The notes under the pieces are model-generated. The model made no database searches and was not told where the DNA came from. It saw only the letters and a list, made by a program, of their open reading frames with translations. Shown here in pieces: positions 36,464 through 46,093 of a DNA stretch of 64,000 nt. The stretch lies in contig CAWAAN010000024.1 in the NCBI GenBank assembly GCA_963779885.1, positions 78,277 through 142,276 on the forward strand, given 5' to 3'. Source of the stretch: an uncultured delta proteobacterium. GTDB taxonomy: Bacteria > Desulfobacterota > Desulfobacteria > Desulfobacterales > SG8-13. A program made the translations under genes and the position numbers. Each line of letters begins with the position of its first letter. The stretch's first letter is position 1.

Positions 36464-38341
36464 TTGGCAGGTTCTCAATACTGGGCCGATAATTACATCG
36501 AAAAAAAGAAAAGCCTCGCCGAGGCCATCGGACTGATCCGGCCGGGGCGACGCGTTTTTATCGGCTCGGCCTGCGGGGAGCCGCAGGCACTGGTCCGGAT
36601 GCTTGCCGAGGCGGCGCCCCGGTCCTCGGGCCTGGAGATCGTGCGCCTGATGAGCATGGAAACCTCATCGCTTACAGCCATCGCCAACCGGACCCAGGAT
36701 CACAGCCTGAGCGTTCGCACCATCTATCTCGGCTCGGCCCACAAGGACGAGGTCATCACGCGCAACCGGCGCTTTATCACCCCCATGAACATGTCGGATG
36801 TCCCCGGGTTGTTCAAAACGCATAAACTGCCGATCAATGTCGCCCTGATCCAGGTGTCCCCCCCGGATGATTTCGGCTGGATGAGCCTGGGCATTTCGGT
36901 GGATGTCACCCTGGCGGCGGCCGTTTCGGCAGACCTGGTCATCGCGCAGGTCAACTCGAAAATGCCGCGGGTGCTGGGCCAGAGCTTCATCCACGTCAAC
37001 GATGTGGACGTTATCGTCGAGCACGACGAGGACCTGCTGGCGGTCGGTCCCCGGGCATCATCGCCGGCAGCCGTCCATATCGGACAGCACATCGCCCGGC
37101 TCATCGAGGACGGCTCCACCCTGCAAATCGGGCTGGATGCCGCCTCTCAGGCGACCCTGCAGGCCCTTTCCAACAAAAACGACCTGGGGATCCATTCCCA
37201 GTACCTGATCGACGACATCATGCACCTTTACGCCAAAGGCGTCATAACCAACCGCAAGAAAGGGTTCAACGACGGCAAGCTGGTCGCCTCGGCCGCCATC
37301 GGCTCCCGCAGCCTTTACGATTTCATCGACGACAACCCGGCGGTCGATTTTCGCCCATCGGACTATGTCAACGATCCGTTCGTCATCTCGCGCCACAACC
37401 GGATGGTATCGATCAATGTCGCCAAGTCCATCGACCTCACCGGCCAGGTGGCGGCCGAGGCCTCGGCCCAGACCTTTTATGCCGGCGTCTCCGGGATCGC
37501 CGATTTCGTCCGCGGGGCGCGGCGGGCGCCGGGCGGCAAGTCGATTCTCATGCTGTTTGCCACCACGGAGGACGGGAAAACCAGCAACATCGTTCCGACG
37601 CTCGGTGAAACGGCGGTGGTGGTGCCGCGCGGTGACGTGCACTATGTGGTCACGGAATACGGCGTGGTCAACCTGTTCGGCAAGAGTTACCAGGAGCGGG
37701 TGATCGCCATGATCGAAATCGCCCACCCGGATTTCAGGAAGGAACTCTTCGAGCAGGCCAAACACGCCGGCATTATCGGGCCCGAACGCTCCCTGGGAGA
37801 GGCCGTGCGCGGAATCTACCCCGTGCGCCTCGAGGAAACCTTTGAAATCGACGGCGAAGAAGTCACTATCCGCCCCGCCAAGCCGGTGGACGAACGCCGC
37901 ATCCAGGAACATTATTACAACCTCGACAAGGACGACATCTTCTCCCGTTTCTTTCACGAAAAAACCAGTTTCGCGCGCAAGGAAGTCGAGAGCAAGTCTC
38001 AGATCGATTATGTCAAAGACCTGACGCTGGTCGGGGTGGTCGGGGAGTTCGGGTTCGGCCGGGTGGTGGCCGTGGGCGAGAGCATGCTGCTGGTGGACAA
38101 CAACATGGCCGAGGTGGCGTTTTCGGTGAACGCAAAGTACCAGAACAAGGGGCTCAGCCGCCGCATCATGCGCAAACTGGCGGACGCCGCGCGCGAACAT
38201 GGCATTGCCGGCCTGATCGCCTACACCGCCCCGCACAATCAGGCGATGATCCGGCTGTTTAAAACCCTGCCTTACAAAGTCAAAACATCATACGACGGCG
38301 AGGGCGTTTATCTGACATGCCGGTTCGACGAACTGGCGTGA
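36464..38341 (+). CDS. acetyl-CoA hydrolase/transferase-family domain fused to a C-terminal GNAT acetyltransferase
   Basis: Start set at TTG 36464, 6 nt after AAGGAGG. The N-terminal ~440 aa (FIGSACGEPQALV, LQIGLDAASQA, GVSGIADF) resembles acetyl-CoA hydrolase/transferase. The C-terminus has the GNAT motif YQNKGLSRRIMRKL. Confidence 0.8.
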   Translation: MAGSQYWADNYIEKKKSLAEAIGLIRPGRRVFIGSACGEPQALVRMLAEAAPRSSGLEIVRLMSMETSSLTAIANRTQDHSLSVRTIYLGSAHKDEVITRNRRFITPMNMSDVPGLFKTHKLPINVALIQVSPPDDFGWMSLGISVDVTLAAAVSADLVIAQVNSKMPRVLGQSFIHVNDVDVIVEHDEDLLAVGPRASSPAAVHIGQHIARLIEDGSTLQIGLDAASQATLQALSNKNDLGIHSQYLIDDIMHLYAKGVITNRKKGFNDGKLVASAAIGSRSLYDFIDDNPAVDFRPSDYVNDPFVISRHNRMVSINVAKSIDLTGQVAAEASAQTFYAGVSGIADFVRGARRAPGGKSILMLFATTEDGKTSNIVPTLGETAVVVPRGDVHYVVTEYGVVNLFGKSYQERVIAMIEIAHPDFRKELFEQAKHAGIIGPERSLGEAVRGIYPVRLEETFEIDGEEVTIRPAKPVDERRIQEHYYNLDKDDIFSRFFHEKTSFARKEVESKSQIDYVKDLTLVGVVGEFGFGRVVAVGESMLLVDNNMAEVAFSVNAKYQNKGLSRRIMRKLADAAREHGIAGLIAYTAPHNQAMIRLFKTLPYKVKTSYDGEGVYLTCRFDELA

Positions 38342-38566
38342 ACCGAAAGCGGATACTCCGGCAATCGGCGCCGTGTGAAAACGCCGATCGCCCGGCTTCG
38401 CGCCTGAAGCCCGGCGGCACCGCCGCAGCCAACACGTATGCCACGTTTGCCGGGGCGAGCCGAGTCAACCGGTTATGGGACGAAACATCTAAAGGAGGTC
38501 AAGCAGCCCGATCGAGGGTATACCGAAGCAGCGGGGGGATTGGCAGTCGAAGAGGCAGGATGGGCG

Positions 38567-38776
38567 TCAATTCGGCTTTACCTGTTCTTCGTGCAAATCC
38601 TTGAAAAGCTTTTTAAGGGTTTCGTAGTCGACGGTAAAGGTATCCATCGGGTTGATGTCGAGGTCATCGTCTAAATCGATCGGGCCGTTTTTGAGGTATT
38701 CGTCGCAACGGCCGTCAGCAGTGGGCTTTCGTTTACAGTCTTTTTGGTGGTAGCAGTGTCCACAGATCACCGTCAT
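38567..38776 (-). CDS. small Cys-containing acidic protein (hypothetical)
   Basis: 69 aa; CGHCYHQKDC...GRCDEY followed by an acidic tail. Confidence 0.45.
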   Translation of the reverse strand: MTVICGHCYHQKDCKRKPTADGRCDEYLKNGPIDLDDDLDINPMDTFTVDYETLKKLFKDLHEEQVKPN

Positions 38777-38999
38777 CCTCCTTCGGTTGTCGATTAAATC
38801 GATATTAATCTCCGAGACGGAGTGAAAGAATGATATCGTCTCGAAGCATATTGCAAAAAACGTGCCCGAATAACAGAAAGTGGCATTACCTTTTATCTCG
38901 ATGTGTTAGAGGATATCCGCTTGTCTTTTTGCGTGCGGATGCCAATAAATGGTGTGCTGTAGGCCGATTTTTGCCACATCATTTTGGTGGAGACGTTTT

Positions 39000-39188
39000 A
39001 TGCCTTTCGTAGAATTTAAGTGCAGTGCCTGCGCTTACGCCTTCAGCCGACTGGTATTCAAGGGCGACGAGTCCCCACAGACGGTGTGTCCCCGTTGCGG
39101 CAGCGACCGCCTCGAGACCGCACCGACCTCGGAGAGCCTGTTTGGCGGAATAGCTTCCTTCAGCGGCCTCGCGACGGATGTCAACTGA
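39000..39188 (+). CDS. FmdB-family zinc-ribbon protein
   Basis: Trimmed to ATG 39000. MPFVEFKCSACAYAF...CPRCGSDRLE is the FmdB/CxxC-CxxC-SSSS ribbon pattern. Confidence 0.7.
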   Translation: MPFVEFKCSACAYAFSRLVFKGDESPQTVCPRCGSDRLETAPTSESLFGGIASFSGLATDVN

Positions 39189-39454
39189 ACACGCTGAGCT
39201 TGCCGCGGCGGTCGCCGCGGACAGTGGCCTAGAGCGTACCATTGGCGCGAGGCGACTTTGAGAGTCCTGCCGGAGTTCGTAAGGTTTCAGCAAATCGACG
39301 AAAATTGACGACGCCTCAATCCCGTCGACCGTTCGACGTATCGCCATAAGCCGAATCGCTTGCCCGCGGCGGCTGTGCACTTGGGGCCCGTTTACGAAGG
39401 GGATTTTATTTTTAATCCGGAAGGCCGAAAAAGTCAGCGCAGAAATAAGGGACG

Positions 39455-39592
39455 ATGAAAAAACTGGCTTTCATCGGGATGATGACGATGATTTTGGCGG
39501 GCTGTGGACACATGGCCCGGAAGTCCGAACCTTATGACGCCAACACGCCGTACCGCGACTATGTCCATGCCGCCTTCAGCATGGAGGAATAA
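39455..39592 (+). CDS. 45-aa putative lipoprotein (not in the ORF track)
   Basis: My translation is MKKLAFIGMMTMILAGCGHMARKSEPYDANTPYRDYVHAAFSMEE, with the lipobox LAGC. The ORF is short, so confidence is limited. Confidence 0.45.
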   Translation: MKKLAFIGMMTMILAGCGHMARKSEPYDANTPYRDYVHAAFSMEE

Positions 39593-39727
39593 AAGAAACC
39601 TCGGCAATCAGTGTAACGCAGTCAACCCGCGATGATTGGTGGGGCATCCCGATCCCCTATGTGCCGGTCGAATAGCGTTCCCTGACCGGCGCAGTCGTTT
39701 ACAGCGATGCCCGAAACCAGAGCGCCG

Positions 39728-39988
39728 TCAGTGGCCCATGCCCGCCTTTCCGCAACAGCTTCCGGGACCGGCGCAACCGGCATGCGACGGCGTGGAACCG
39801 CAGCAGGACGTGTCGCCGCGGCCGGGAAGACTGCGGGTCTGGACGCCGGAAAGGGACGAGGTGGCCGACAGCATTTTTTTCAGGCGGGTGCTCGCGCAGC
39901 TTTGACACTGCGGGGTTTCCGCCTGATTCAATGAAAAAATTTCGCTCACCTGGCCGCAGTCGAGGCAAAGGTAGTCAAAAAGTGGCAT
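39728..39988 (-). CDS. FmdB-family zinc-ribbon protein with Cys-rich tail
   Basis: MPLFDYLCLDCGQVSE...CQSCASTRLKK, then the tail SCCGSTPSHAGCAGPGSCCG. Confidence 0.75.
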   Translation of the reverse strand: MPLFDYLCLDCGQVSEIFSLNQAETPQCQSCASTRLKKMLSATSSLSGVQTRSLPGRGDTSCCGSTPSHAGCAGPGSCCGKAGMGH

Positions 39989-40069
39989 GACGTGCTCCCT
40001 TCAGCGAATAATGAACCCCCGCTGGTTTAAAAGCAAAAACACCTTCCGTCCATTCAATAATGTCATCGT

Positions 40070-40450
40070 TCAATGCGCGCAACCGCCGTGGGCCCCGTGA
40101 CCGGCACAGGTCATATTGAAAGAAAACTCCGGCAGCCGGTTGTCTCGAATCAGGCCCAGGTTCTGATTCAGGGTCCCCTCTATCGCCCGGTAGACCTTTA
40201 TGCCGGATGACAAAAGTTTCTGCAGAGCGCCGCCGCCGATGCCGCCGACCACCACGGCATCGACTTGAACACCGCCCAGGGCCGCCAGCGGCTGGCAGTG
40301 GCCGTGAAGATGATCGCGATCGGCATTGACAATGGTTTCAAGCGATCCCGACGCCTCGTCGACGACCAGAAAGTAGTCGGCTGAACCGAAATGGGCGAAA
40401 ACCGGGCTCTCCAGCCCTTGATCGACTTGAGTGGGAAATGCGATTTTCAT
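40070..40450 (-). CDS. NifB/NifX-family (dinitrogenase FeMo-cofactor-binding domain) protein
   Basis: MKIAFPT...VFAHFGSADYFLVVD...VDAVVVGGIGGGALQKL is the typical Nitro_FeMo-Co domain. It has a Cys/His-rich C-terminus. Confidence 0.85.
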   Translation of the reverse strand: MKIAFPTQVDQGLESPVFAHFGSADYFLVVDEASGSLETIVNADRDHLHGHCQPLAALGGVQVDAVVVGGIGGGALQKLLSSGIKVYRAIEGTLNQNLGLIRDNRLPEFSFNMTCAGHGAHGGCAH

Positions 40451-40767
40451 TTGGTTTAATCTCCTGTTGATAAGACCTGACCATATTAGGCCGGCCGGAT
40501 GGCGGTGTCAAGGCACGCTGAAGATTCTCATATTGCAATTCTGCAATGCATGCTTAGGATTAAAACTGAGTCATTATCAGTGAATTGTGGGCTTACTTGG
40601 GTTGACCTTTGGTTCCGCGAAGCTTCCTTTCTCAAGCAAGCTGTATTTGCCCCGTTACATTAAAATAGGTGCAAGTGCGTCAGCTTCGAAACCGATATCG
40701 GCACATCGAGCCGGCCACCTGGCCCGTTTTCATGTTACCTTTTGATAGGCAAGTATGGTGATCTAAA

Positions 40768-41088
40768 ATGCTTAAACGAACCTGCCGGGTTTGCGGAAAA
40801 GAGTTTCATGTCCCCCCCAAACAGGCGACGCGTGCGTATTGCGAGCGGAAGGCCTGCCAGGAGGAAAGACGTCGCAAGCAGTTGGCTCAGGAAAGGCGAA
40901 AATACCGTCTGATTCAAAATGGCGTCAAGAAAATCAAAGCGCGGCAAAAGCCTGACGAGGGGCGCAAGTGTCGGCGATGCGGGGAAAACTGCTTTCCGAA
41001 TTATTTTTATTGCCCGGAATGCCATCACTACGTGTCCTGCAATGACTGGCGATCGGAAAGCGATGAAGAAAACTGTGCCTGCAGCTGA
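40768..41088 (+). CDS. Cys-rich, basic zinc-ribbon-like protein (hypothetical)
   Basis: 106 aa; CRVCGKEF...C...C, then CRRCGENC...CPECHHYVSC and an acidic tail. Confidence 0.45.
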   Translation: MLKRTCRVCGKEFHVPPKQATRAYCERKACQEERRRKQLAQERRKYRLIQNGVKKIKARQKPDEGRKCRRCGENCFPNYFYCPECHHYVSCNDWRSESDEENCACS

Positions 41089-41121
41089 AGGCGGGTCGAG
41101 CCGGGTTTCACGGTATGACTG

Positions 41122-42459
41122 TTACGATCTGAAGTTGAAATCGATGATCGCCCGCGCCATCTCAGTGGCGCGAATGCCGAGTTTTTCGCCGTGCACGGCC
41201 AGAACACCGACACAGATGCCGTCGCTTCCATTGGGCGCCAGCGCAAAGGCGGTGGCCCAGTCATACTTGAATTGGTCGGTGACATCGTTGATGGTGCCGG
41301 TTTTGACGCCGAGGTCGAAATCCTTGAACACTTTGCCGCGGCGCAGTTTGCGAAAGGTTCTGTGCCCGGTGCCGTAATCGACGGCATCCTCCATCATCAG
41401 TTTCAGGCCGGCGGCCGTTTGCTTGCTGACCGTCGTTTCGAGCAGCTGGCGTTTAGCCTGGTAGCGAACGTTGTCCGCGGCATCGGTAACGGTCTCGATC
41501 AGCCAGGGCGCCGCCATCTGGCCTTGGTTGACGACCGTGCAGGCCAGCAAGGCGGCATGCAGCGGGGAAACGCGGGTGCGCTTGTTGAAACCGGAGGCAA
41601 TTTCGGCCAGCCCGTATTCATCTTGGGGCACCTCGGCCGCGCTGACTTCCACCGGCAGATCGAACGGTATGGGCCGGTTGAAGTAGAACTTTTGCGCATA
41701 TTCGGCCATGACCTGCGGACCGAGGGCGTAAATGCCGAGTTTCCCGAAGATCGAATTGTTGGAGACCGCAAAAGCTTTGCGAAGCTGGGTTTCGGAAGTG
41801 TAGCGTCCCCGCTGCTGCTTCAGCTGGTTTTTATAAAGGGTGTGGCGGTTGCCGTCAAAATAGAGCGTTTTTTCCGGCGTGTAGCCGGCCGCCTCCAGGG
41901 CCGCCGCGGCCGACACGATTTTAAACAGGCTTGCGGCCGGGTACTCCGCCTTGAGGCAAATACCGGGGTCGGCACCGTTCTCGTCATGACCCGCTATGAC
42001 GAGAACGCGTCCGTCACGGGGGTCCATCACCACCACCGCCGCCTGCAACGTGTGTGACCGTTCGAGCAACTTGTCGACGTAGGACTGCAGCTTGGGATTC
42101 ACGGTGGTTTTAAACATGTAGCGGACGCCCTTGTTTTCAAAAGCCATCTCATCGGTCAGCTGAACGCTCTCGCTCGACAAGGGCGTAAACAAGGTGGCGA
42201 GCATCGGACGTGAAAAACCGCCCGGGGTGGTCTCCACAATCGGCGCCGGGGCCGGGAGCTTTTTTAGAGGCGGCGTCGCCGCCACCGGTGGGCCTAACCG
42301 GCTGCTCATCCAGGCGCCGGAAAAAACAATGGCCAGCACGCAGCCGATCACCCCGCCGATGAGGACGAGTTTTTTCTTCCAGAGCCTGGCGCGCGAATCG
42401 CGCCGGAGGCTTGCCTGGTAGGTTCGCCAACCGGCGCCCCTGAACTCACTTTGCCGCAT
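41122..42459 (-). CDS. penicillin-binding transpeptidase-domain protein (membrane anchored)
   Basis: Contains SxxK (ASLFK), SxN (SNN) and KTG (GVKTGT), plus an N-terminal TM helix. The start is set at ATG 42459, but ATG 42522 is also possible. Confidence 0.8.
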   Translation of the reverse strand: MRQSEFRGAGWRTYQASLRRDSRARLWKKKLVLIGGVIGCVLAIVFSGAWMSSRLGPPVAATPPLKKLPAPAPIVETTPGGFSRPMLATLFTPLSSESVQLTDEMAFENKGVRYMFKTTVNPKLQSYVDKLLERSHTLQAAVVVMDPRDGRVLVIAGHDENGADPGICLKAEYPAASLFKIVSAAAALEAAGYTPEKTLYFDGNRHTLYKNQLKQQRGRYTSETQLRKAFAVSNNSIFGKLGIYALGPQVMAEYAQKFYFNRPIPFDLPVEVSAAEVPQDEYGLAEIASGFNKRTRVSPLHAALLACTVVNQGQMAAPWLIETVTDAADNVRYQAKRQLLETTVSKQTAAGLKLMMEDAVDYGTGHRTFRKLRRGKVFKDFDLGVKTGTINDVTDQFKYDWATAFALAPNGSDGICVGVLAVHGEKLGIRATEMARAIIDFNFRS

Positions 42460-42692
42460 AGTCGATGCCACTCTCGGGGTTACATCCGGAGTCGGATAGC
42501 AGGTAAGTTTATTACTTACCATTTTTTGCGCCGTTTTTCAAGGCGGCGTCACGCTCCGATACCATTAAAACCATCTTTTGAAAACCGCGGCGGCTTGTGC
42601 TATAAATTCTCTGCTTACGGCCGGCACCACGGTCAGTCCGGCCTGGTCTTTTCTGTTGTCTCAACAAAAAAAGCGAGATGGAGGTTGCGCCC

Positions 42693-43256
42693 ATGCGAAA
42701 AGTTAACAGTGTCTTGATTGCCGCAAGTGTCGTGTTGTTCCTGTTGGCCTGTTCCAAGCCGATTGTCAGGTCGGGACCGTCGGGTTCCTCGGGAGCCGAT
42801 GCCCAGTTAAGCGAGACGGGCGGCGCGGGACAGCCGGGCGCGATCACCGAAGAGAGCCTCGGGGCGGGCGGGGCGGCCGGATCGTCCCTGGCCCCCGGGC
42901 AGGCCGCCGAGGCCCGCAAGGCGTTTGAAAACCAAGACATCCGTTTCGACTATGACAGCGCCCTGCTCACCCCTCAGGCCCAGGACATACTGCGCGAAAA
43001 AGCCCGTTACATGCAGGAAAACCAGGCGACCAAGGTCATCATCGAAGGTCACTGCGACGAACGCGGCACTAACGAGTACAACCTGGCCCTCGGGGAGCAG
43101 CGGGCGAAGATGACCGCCGAGTTTCTGACCGCCCTGGGCGTTTCGGCCACACGCATCAAGACGGTCAGCTACGGCGAGGAGCGTCCGCTGGTCCGCTCGA
43201 ACAGCGAGGAGGCCTGGGCCGCGAACCGACGCGCCCACTTCGTCGTTACCAACTGA
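42693..43256 (+). CDS. pal: peptidoglycan-associated lipoprotein (Pal / OmpA family)
   Basis: Start at ATG 42693 (GGAGG upstream). Lipobox LLAC, then FDYDSALLTP...IEGHCDERGTNEYNLALGEQRA...VSYGEERP. Confidence 0.9.
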   Translation: MRKVNSVLIAASVVLFLLACSKPIVRSGPSGSSGADAQLSETGGAGQPGAITEESLGAGGAAGSSLAPGQAAEARKAFENQDIRFDYDSALLTPQAQDILREKARYMQENQATKVIIEGHCDERGTNEYNLALGEQRAKMTAEFLTALGVSATRIKTVSYGEERPLVRSNSEEAWAANRRAHFVVTN

Positions 43257-43260
43257 CAAC

Positions 43261-44367
43261 TCATCCGGCCGGCGCCATCTGTTCGCGAGGTGCTCCCGAA
43301 CCTTCACCCGGCAAGGTTTCGGGCACCTCGCCATAGGTACCCAGGATTTTCAGGAAATCCGTCTTTTGCTCCAGCTGCTCTCGCACGGGCTTCAAGGCTT
43401 CGGCACCGAGGTCCGCCTGGATATCCATGTAGAACATGTAGCGCCAAGGTTCTCCCGGCAGCGGTCGGGACTCGAGCTTGATCAGGTTGATGCGGTTTTC
43501 GGCAAAAATCTTCAAGGTTTCGTAGAGGGCTCCGGGCTCGTTGCTGGTCGAGCAGATCAGCGAGGTCTTGTCGACAAAACCCTTGCAGAGAGGGCTCTTG
43601 GCGATGATGACAAACCGGGTGTAATTGCGCGGGTTGGCTTCGATGTTCTCCGCCAGCACTTCCAGATGGTATTCCTGGGCGGCCACCAGGCCGGCAATGG
43701 CGGCGTCGGCGGTCGTGTCGCCGGCCGCCACGCGCTGTGCGGCCGCGCGGTATCGCTGACCGCCACCAGTTCCCAGTCGTGCTGTTCGAGAAACTGGCGG
43801 CATTGGCCGAACACCTGCGGATGCGATAGGACGCGCCGGATCCCGCCGATGGCCGCACCGGGCAGCGCCATCAGATGATGCATGATCCGCAGTTTGATCT
43901 CACCAATGATTTTCAAATCGTAGTCCTTTAAGAAATCATAGTTTTCATGAATAAAAGAATAGGGCGAGGTCCGCGGTTTGAAGGCCCCGCCGCGAAACAA
44001 GACCGCACCGGCCTTCTTGACCCAGCGGGCGATAATCAGCGCCTGCTCGCGGCTTTCGACGGCGCACGGGCCGGCAATGACCGTCAGGCGGTCTCCACCG
44101 ATCAGCGCATCGCCCACGCTGAACCAGTGTATCTTGCGGGTGCATCTGGCGGCCGACAAGCTTGTAGGGCGTGCCAACGGCGACCGTCCGGGCCACCCCC
44201 GGCAATTTCCTGAAGAATTCCGCGGGGTGTCGTTTCGGGTTCATGACACCGATGCGCTGGACATCGGTGTCCGGCAGCTCCCGCAAATCGCAGCCCCGAG
44301 CCTGCAGCATCGCCACGAGCGCGGTTTTATCGACTTCTGTCATGTCGGACGTCAGTTCGAGTATCAT
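43261..44367 (-). pseudogene. chimeric, frameshifted remnant: type I-beta DAHP synthase N-terminus fused to prephenate dehydratase C-terminal part
   Basis: Three overlapping ORFs are involved. 44367->~44120 encodes the DAHPS regulatory N-domain (...[14 protein letters not shown]). ~44120->43953 continues DAHPS in another frame ([25 protein letters not shown]...[15 protein letters not shown]). From 43952 the same frame reads prephenate dehydratase ([23 protein letters not shown]...[13 protein letters not shown]). A second shift near 43748 returns to the first frame ([10 protein letters not shown]...NYTRFVII...ACT domain). Confidence 0.7.
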
Positions 44368-44490
44368 CGCTCTTCCTTCCTTTCACGGGGTGATTGAACC
44401 GATGGTCGCCCCGGCCGGGCCACTGGATCCGATTCACCCGGTCCGCGGCCAGGAAGACCGCCATGGGGGTAGCGCCCGGCCGGGCGCCCA

Positions 44491-44531
44491 TAAAAAAATA
44501 TAAAAAAAGCCCCGGAAAAAAATTCCAGGGC
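44491..44531 (-). terminator. rho-independent terminator (second of a tandem pair)
   Basis: On the minus strand, the stem GCCCTGG/CCGGGGC (one mismatch) is followed by TTTTTTTATATTTTTTTA. Confidence 0.55.
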
Positions 44532-44533
44532 TT

Positions 44534-44576
44534 AAGAAAAAGCCCCGGATAGACCGGTTCACGATCCATCCGGGGC
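44534..44576 (-). terminator. rho-independent terminator downstream of the sulfite-reductase-like gene
   Basis: A perfect 9-bp stem GCCCCGGAT/ATCCGGGGC (44568-44576 with 44542-44550) is followed on the minus strand by TTTTTCTT. Confidence 0.7.
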
Positions 44577-44760
44577 GTTTCAGCTGTTTACGTCATGGCG
44601 CCGGATGGACGCTTCTAAAGTAAAAAAAGAAGCGCCCGAAGCCGTTAAAGTCCGCTGTGAATGATGTTATGTCCACGATGGTCCATCCCTGTTTAAAGCC
44701 CGATGATCGGCCAATTGGCAGCGCCTGTCAAGCATTATTTCGTGTCCATCCATCTCATCT

Positions 44761-45429
44761 TCATCGAGACGCGTTCGCGGCCACCTGCTGAAATACTTCC
44801 AGGCCGAGGCGGTCGATCATCTTTCCCAGGCGCTCGCCTTTCTTGGCGTTCTCCTGATAGAACCCGACCACCGCTTCGATAACCGCCAGGGCCTGGTCGT
44901 CATCCAGGCCGTCGGCGCACTCCTGGGCGATCCGTGGGGCCGCGCCCACGTTGCCCCCGATCACCAGCACCCAGCCGTCTTTTTTCCCGATCAGGCCGAC
45001 GTCACGCACCCAGGACTCGGCGCAACTCAAATGGCAGCCGGATACGGCCATCTTGAATTTTCCCGGCAACTGCTTGCCGTGATAGACCTCATCCAGTGTC
45101 AACCCTAATTTAATGGCATCCTGCTGGCCCAGCTTGCAATACGTGTTGCCGGGACAGGCTCTGATGCTGCGAACGCACAATCCAACGGCGGCGCCCTTTC
45201 CCAGGCGCAGCGTCTCCCAGGCCCCGTCGATATCCTCTTCTTTGAGGCCCACGATCGCGATGCGGGTCGCGCCGGTGATCTTGATCGCCTGCGCCTCATA
45301 CTTTTCGGCCACATCCGCGATCCGTCGCAACAGTTCCGGAGTGACCAGCCCGCAGGGTATGTGCGGCGCAATGGCGTAGGTTTCATTGTCGCGCTGGGGA
45401 ATGGCGCCCTTTTCGCCCAATTTCAACAT
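44761..45429 (-). CDS. small siroheme/[4Fe-4S] sulfite/nitrite-reductase-like protein (low-molecular-weight assimilatory type)
   Basis: Trimmed to ATG 45429 (AAGGAGG upstream); 222 aa. The NiR/SiR cluster signature is CPGNTYC...SGCHLSCAES (C-x5-C ... C-x3-C). Confidence 0.8.
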   Translation of the reverse strand: MLKLGEKGAIPQRDNETYAIAPHIPCGLVTPELLRRIADVAEKYEAQAIKITGATRIAIVGLKEEDIDGAWETLRLGKGAAVGLCVRSIRACPGNTYCKLGQQDAIKLGLTLDEVYHGKQLPGKFKMAVSGCHLSCAESWVRDVGLIGKKDGWVLVIGGNVGAAPRIAQECADGLDDDQALAVIEAVVGFYQENAKKGERLGKMIDRLGLEVFQQVAANASR

Positions 45430-45926
45430 CACTGTCCTCCTTGTCGCCGCTCGCCCCCCGATCGTTCGTCGCCGGTGTGAGTCAATCGGCCTGTTCAGTG
45501 GATTAATAATTAGCGGGTCTTGTCGGCCGTGCCGCCCGATGCGCGACAGGGCGTCCTTCGACTTTTTCAGGGCCACCCTGTCCTCGATGCCGGCGGCACT
45601 ATAGAAAAAAGGAACCGGGCCTGTCAAGAAAGGCGCGCGCGGGGTGAATTGGGGCCGGCATCTGACTCGTTCGAATCGGTATCGCCCTGCGGCCGGGGTT
45701 CGGCAGCGGCGCAGGCAGGAGAAAAAGGAATTTCGAATTCCGATACCCCCTAATTAAGTCCCGGGAGTTCTCATCCCGGCTCTATGGCGTTTATCCTGCC
45801 AAGTCAACCGGTTATTGCGGTCGCCAGCGCCGGGAGACCCTTTTGGGGGTGAAAAATTAGAATGGCGCGTTCGGTGCATCGAGCTTCCAATTAATTATAT
45901 TCATTATTATCTGGTAGTTAAACTGT

Positions 45927-45942
45927 TGGCACCCGTTTTGCT
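45927..45942 (+). promoter_or_regulatory. sigma-54 (-24/-12) promoter candidate
   Basis: TGGCACccgttTTGCT matches TGGCAC-N5-TTGCW exactly. It lies ~150 nt upstream of ATG 46094, with an AT-rich tract just upstream. Confidence 0.65.
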
Positions 45943-46093
45943 TGAATAGGCCGTCACGAGAATTCCGGAAGAAAGCGGTGAGGCTTGGCGAGGGAGGCGC
46001 CGGTCGCGTTGGCGGTCGGAGGAAACCTTTCTCGAACAAGTTTAATCTGACTTCCGGAAAAATCAAACCCAACGAACAGATCAGGAGGCGAGG

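Noticed and set aside
37058-38236. 392-aa ORF antisense to the hydrolase/transferase-GNAT gene
   Set aside because: Shadow ORF with no motifs; the plus-strand product is well supported.
45665-45750. tRNA-like GTTCGAATC T-loop motif and a 7-bp GGTATCG/CGATACC pairing
   Set aside because: No acceptor, D or anticodon stems could be built around it. The flanking stem of the putative T-arm is not complementary.
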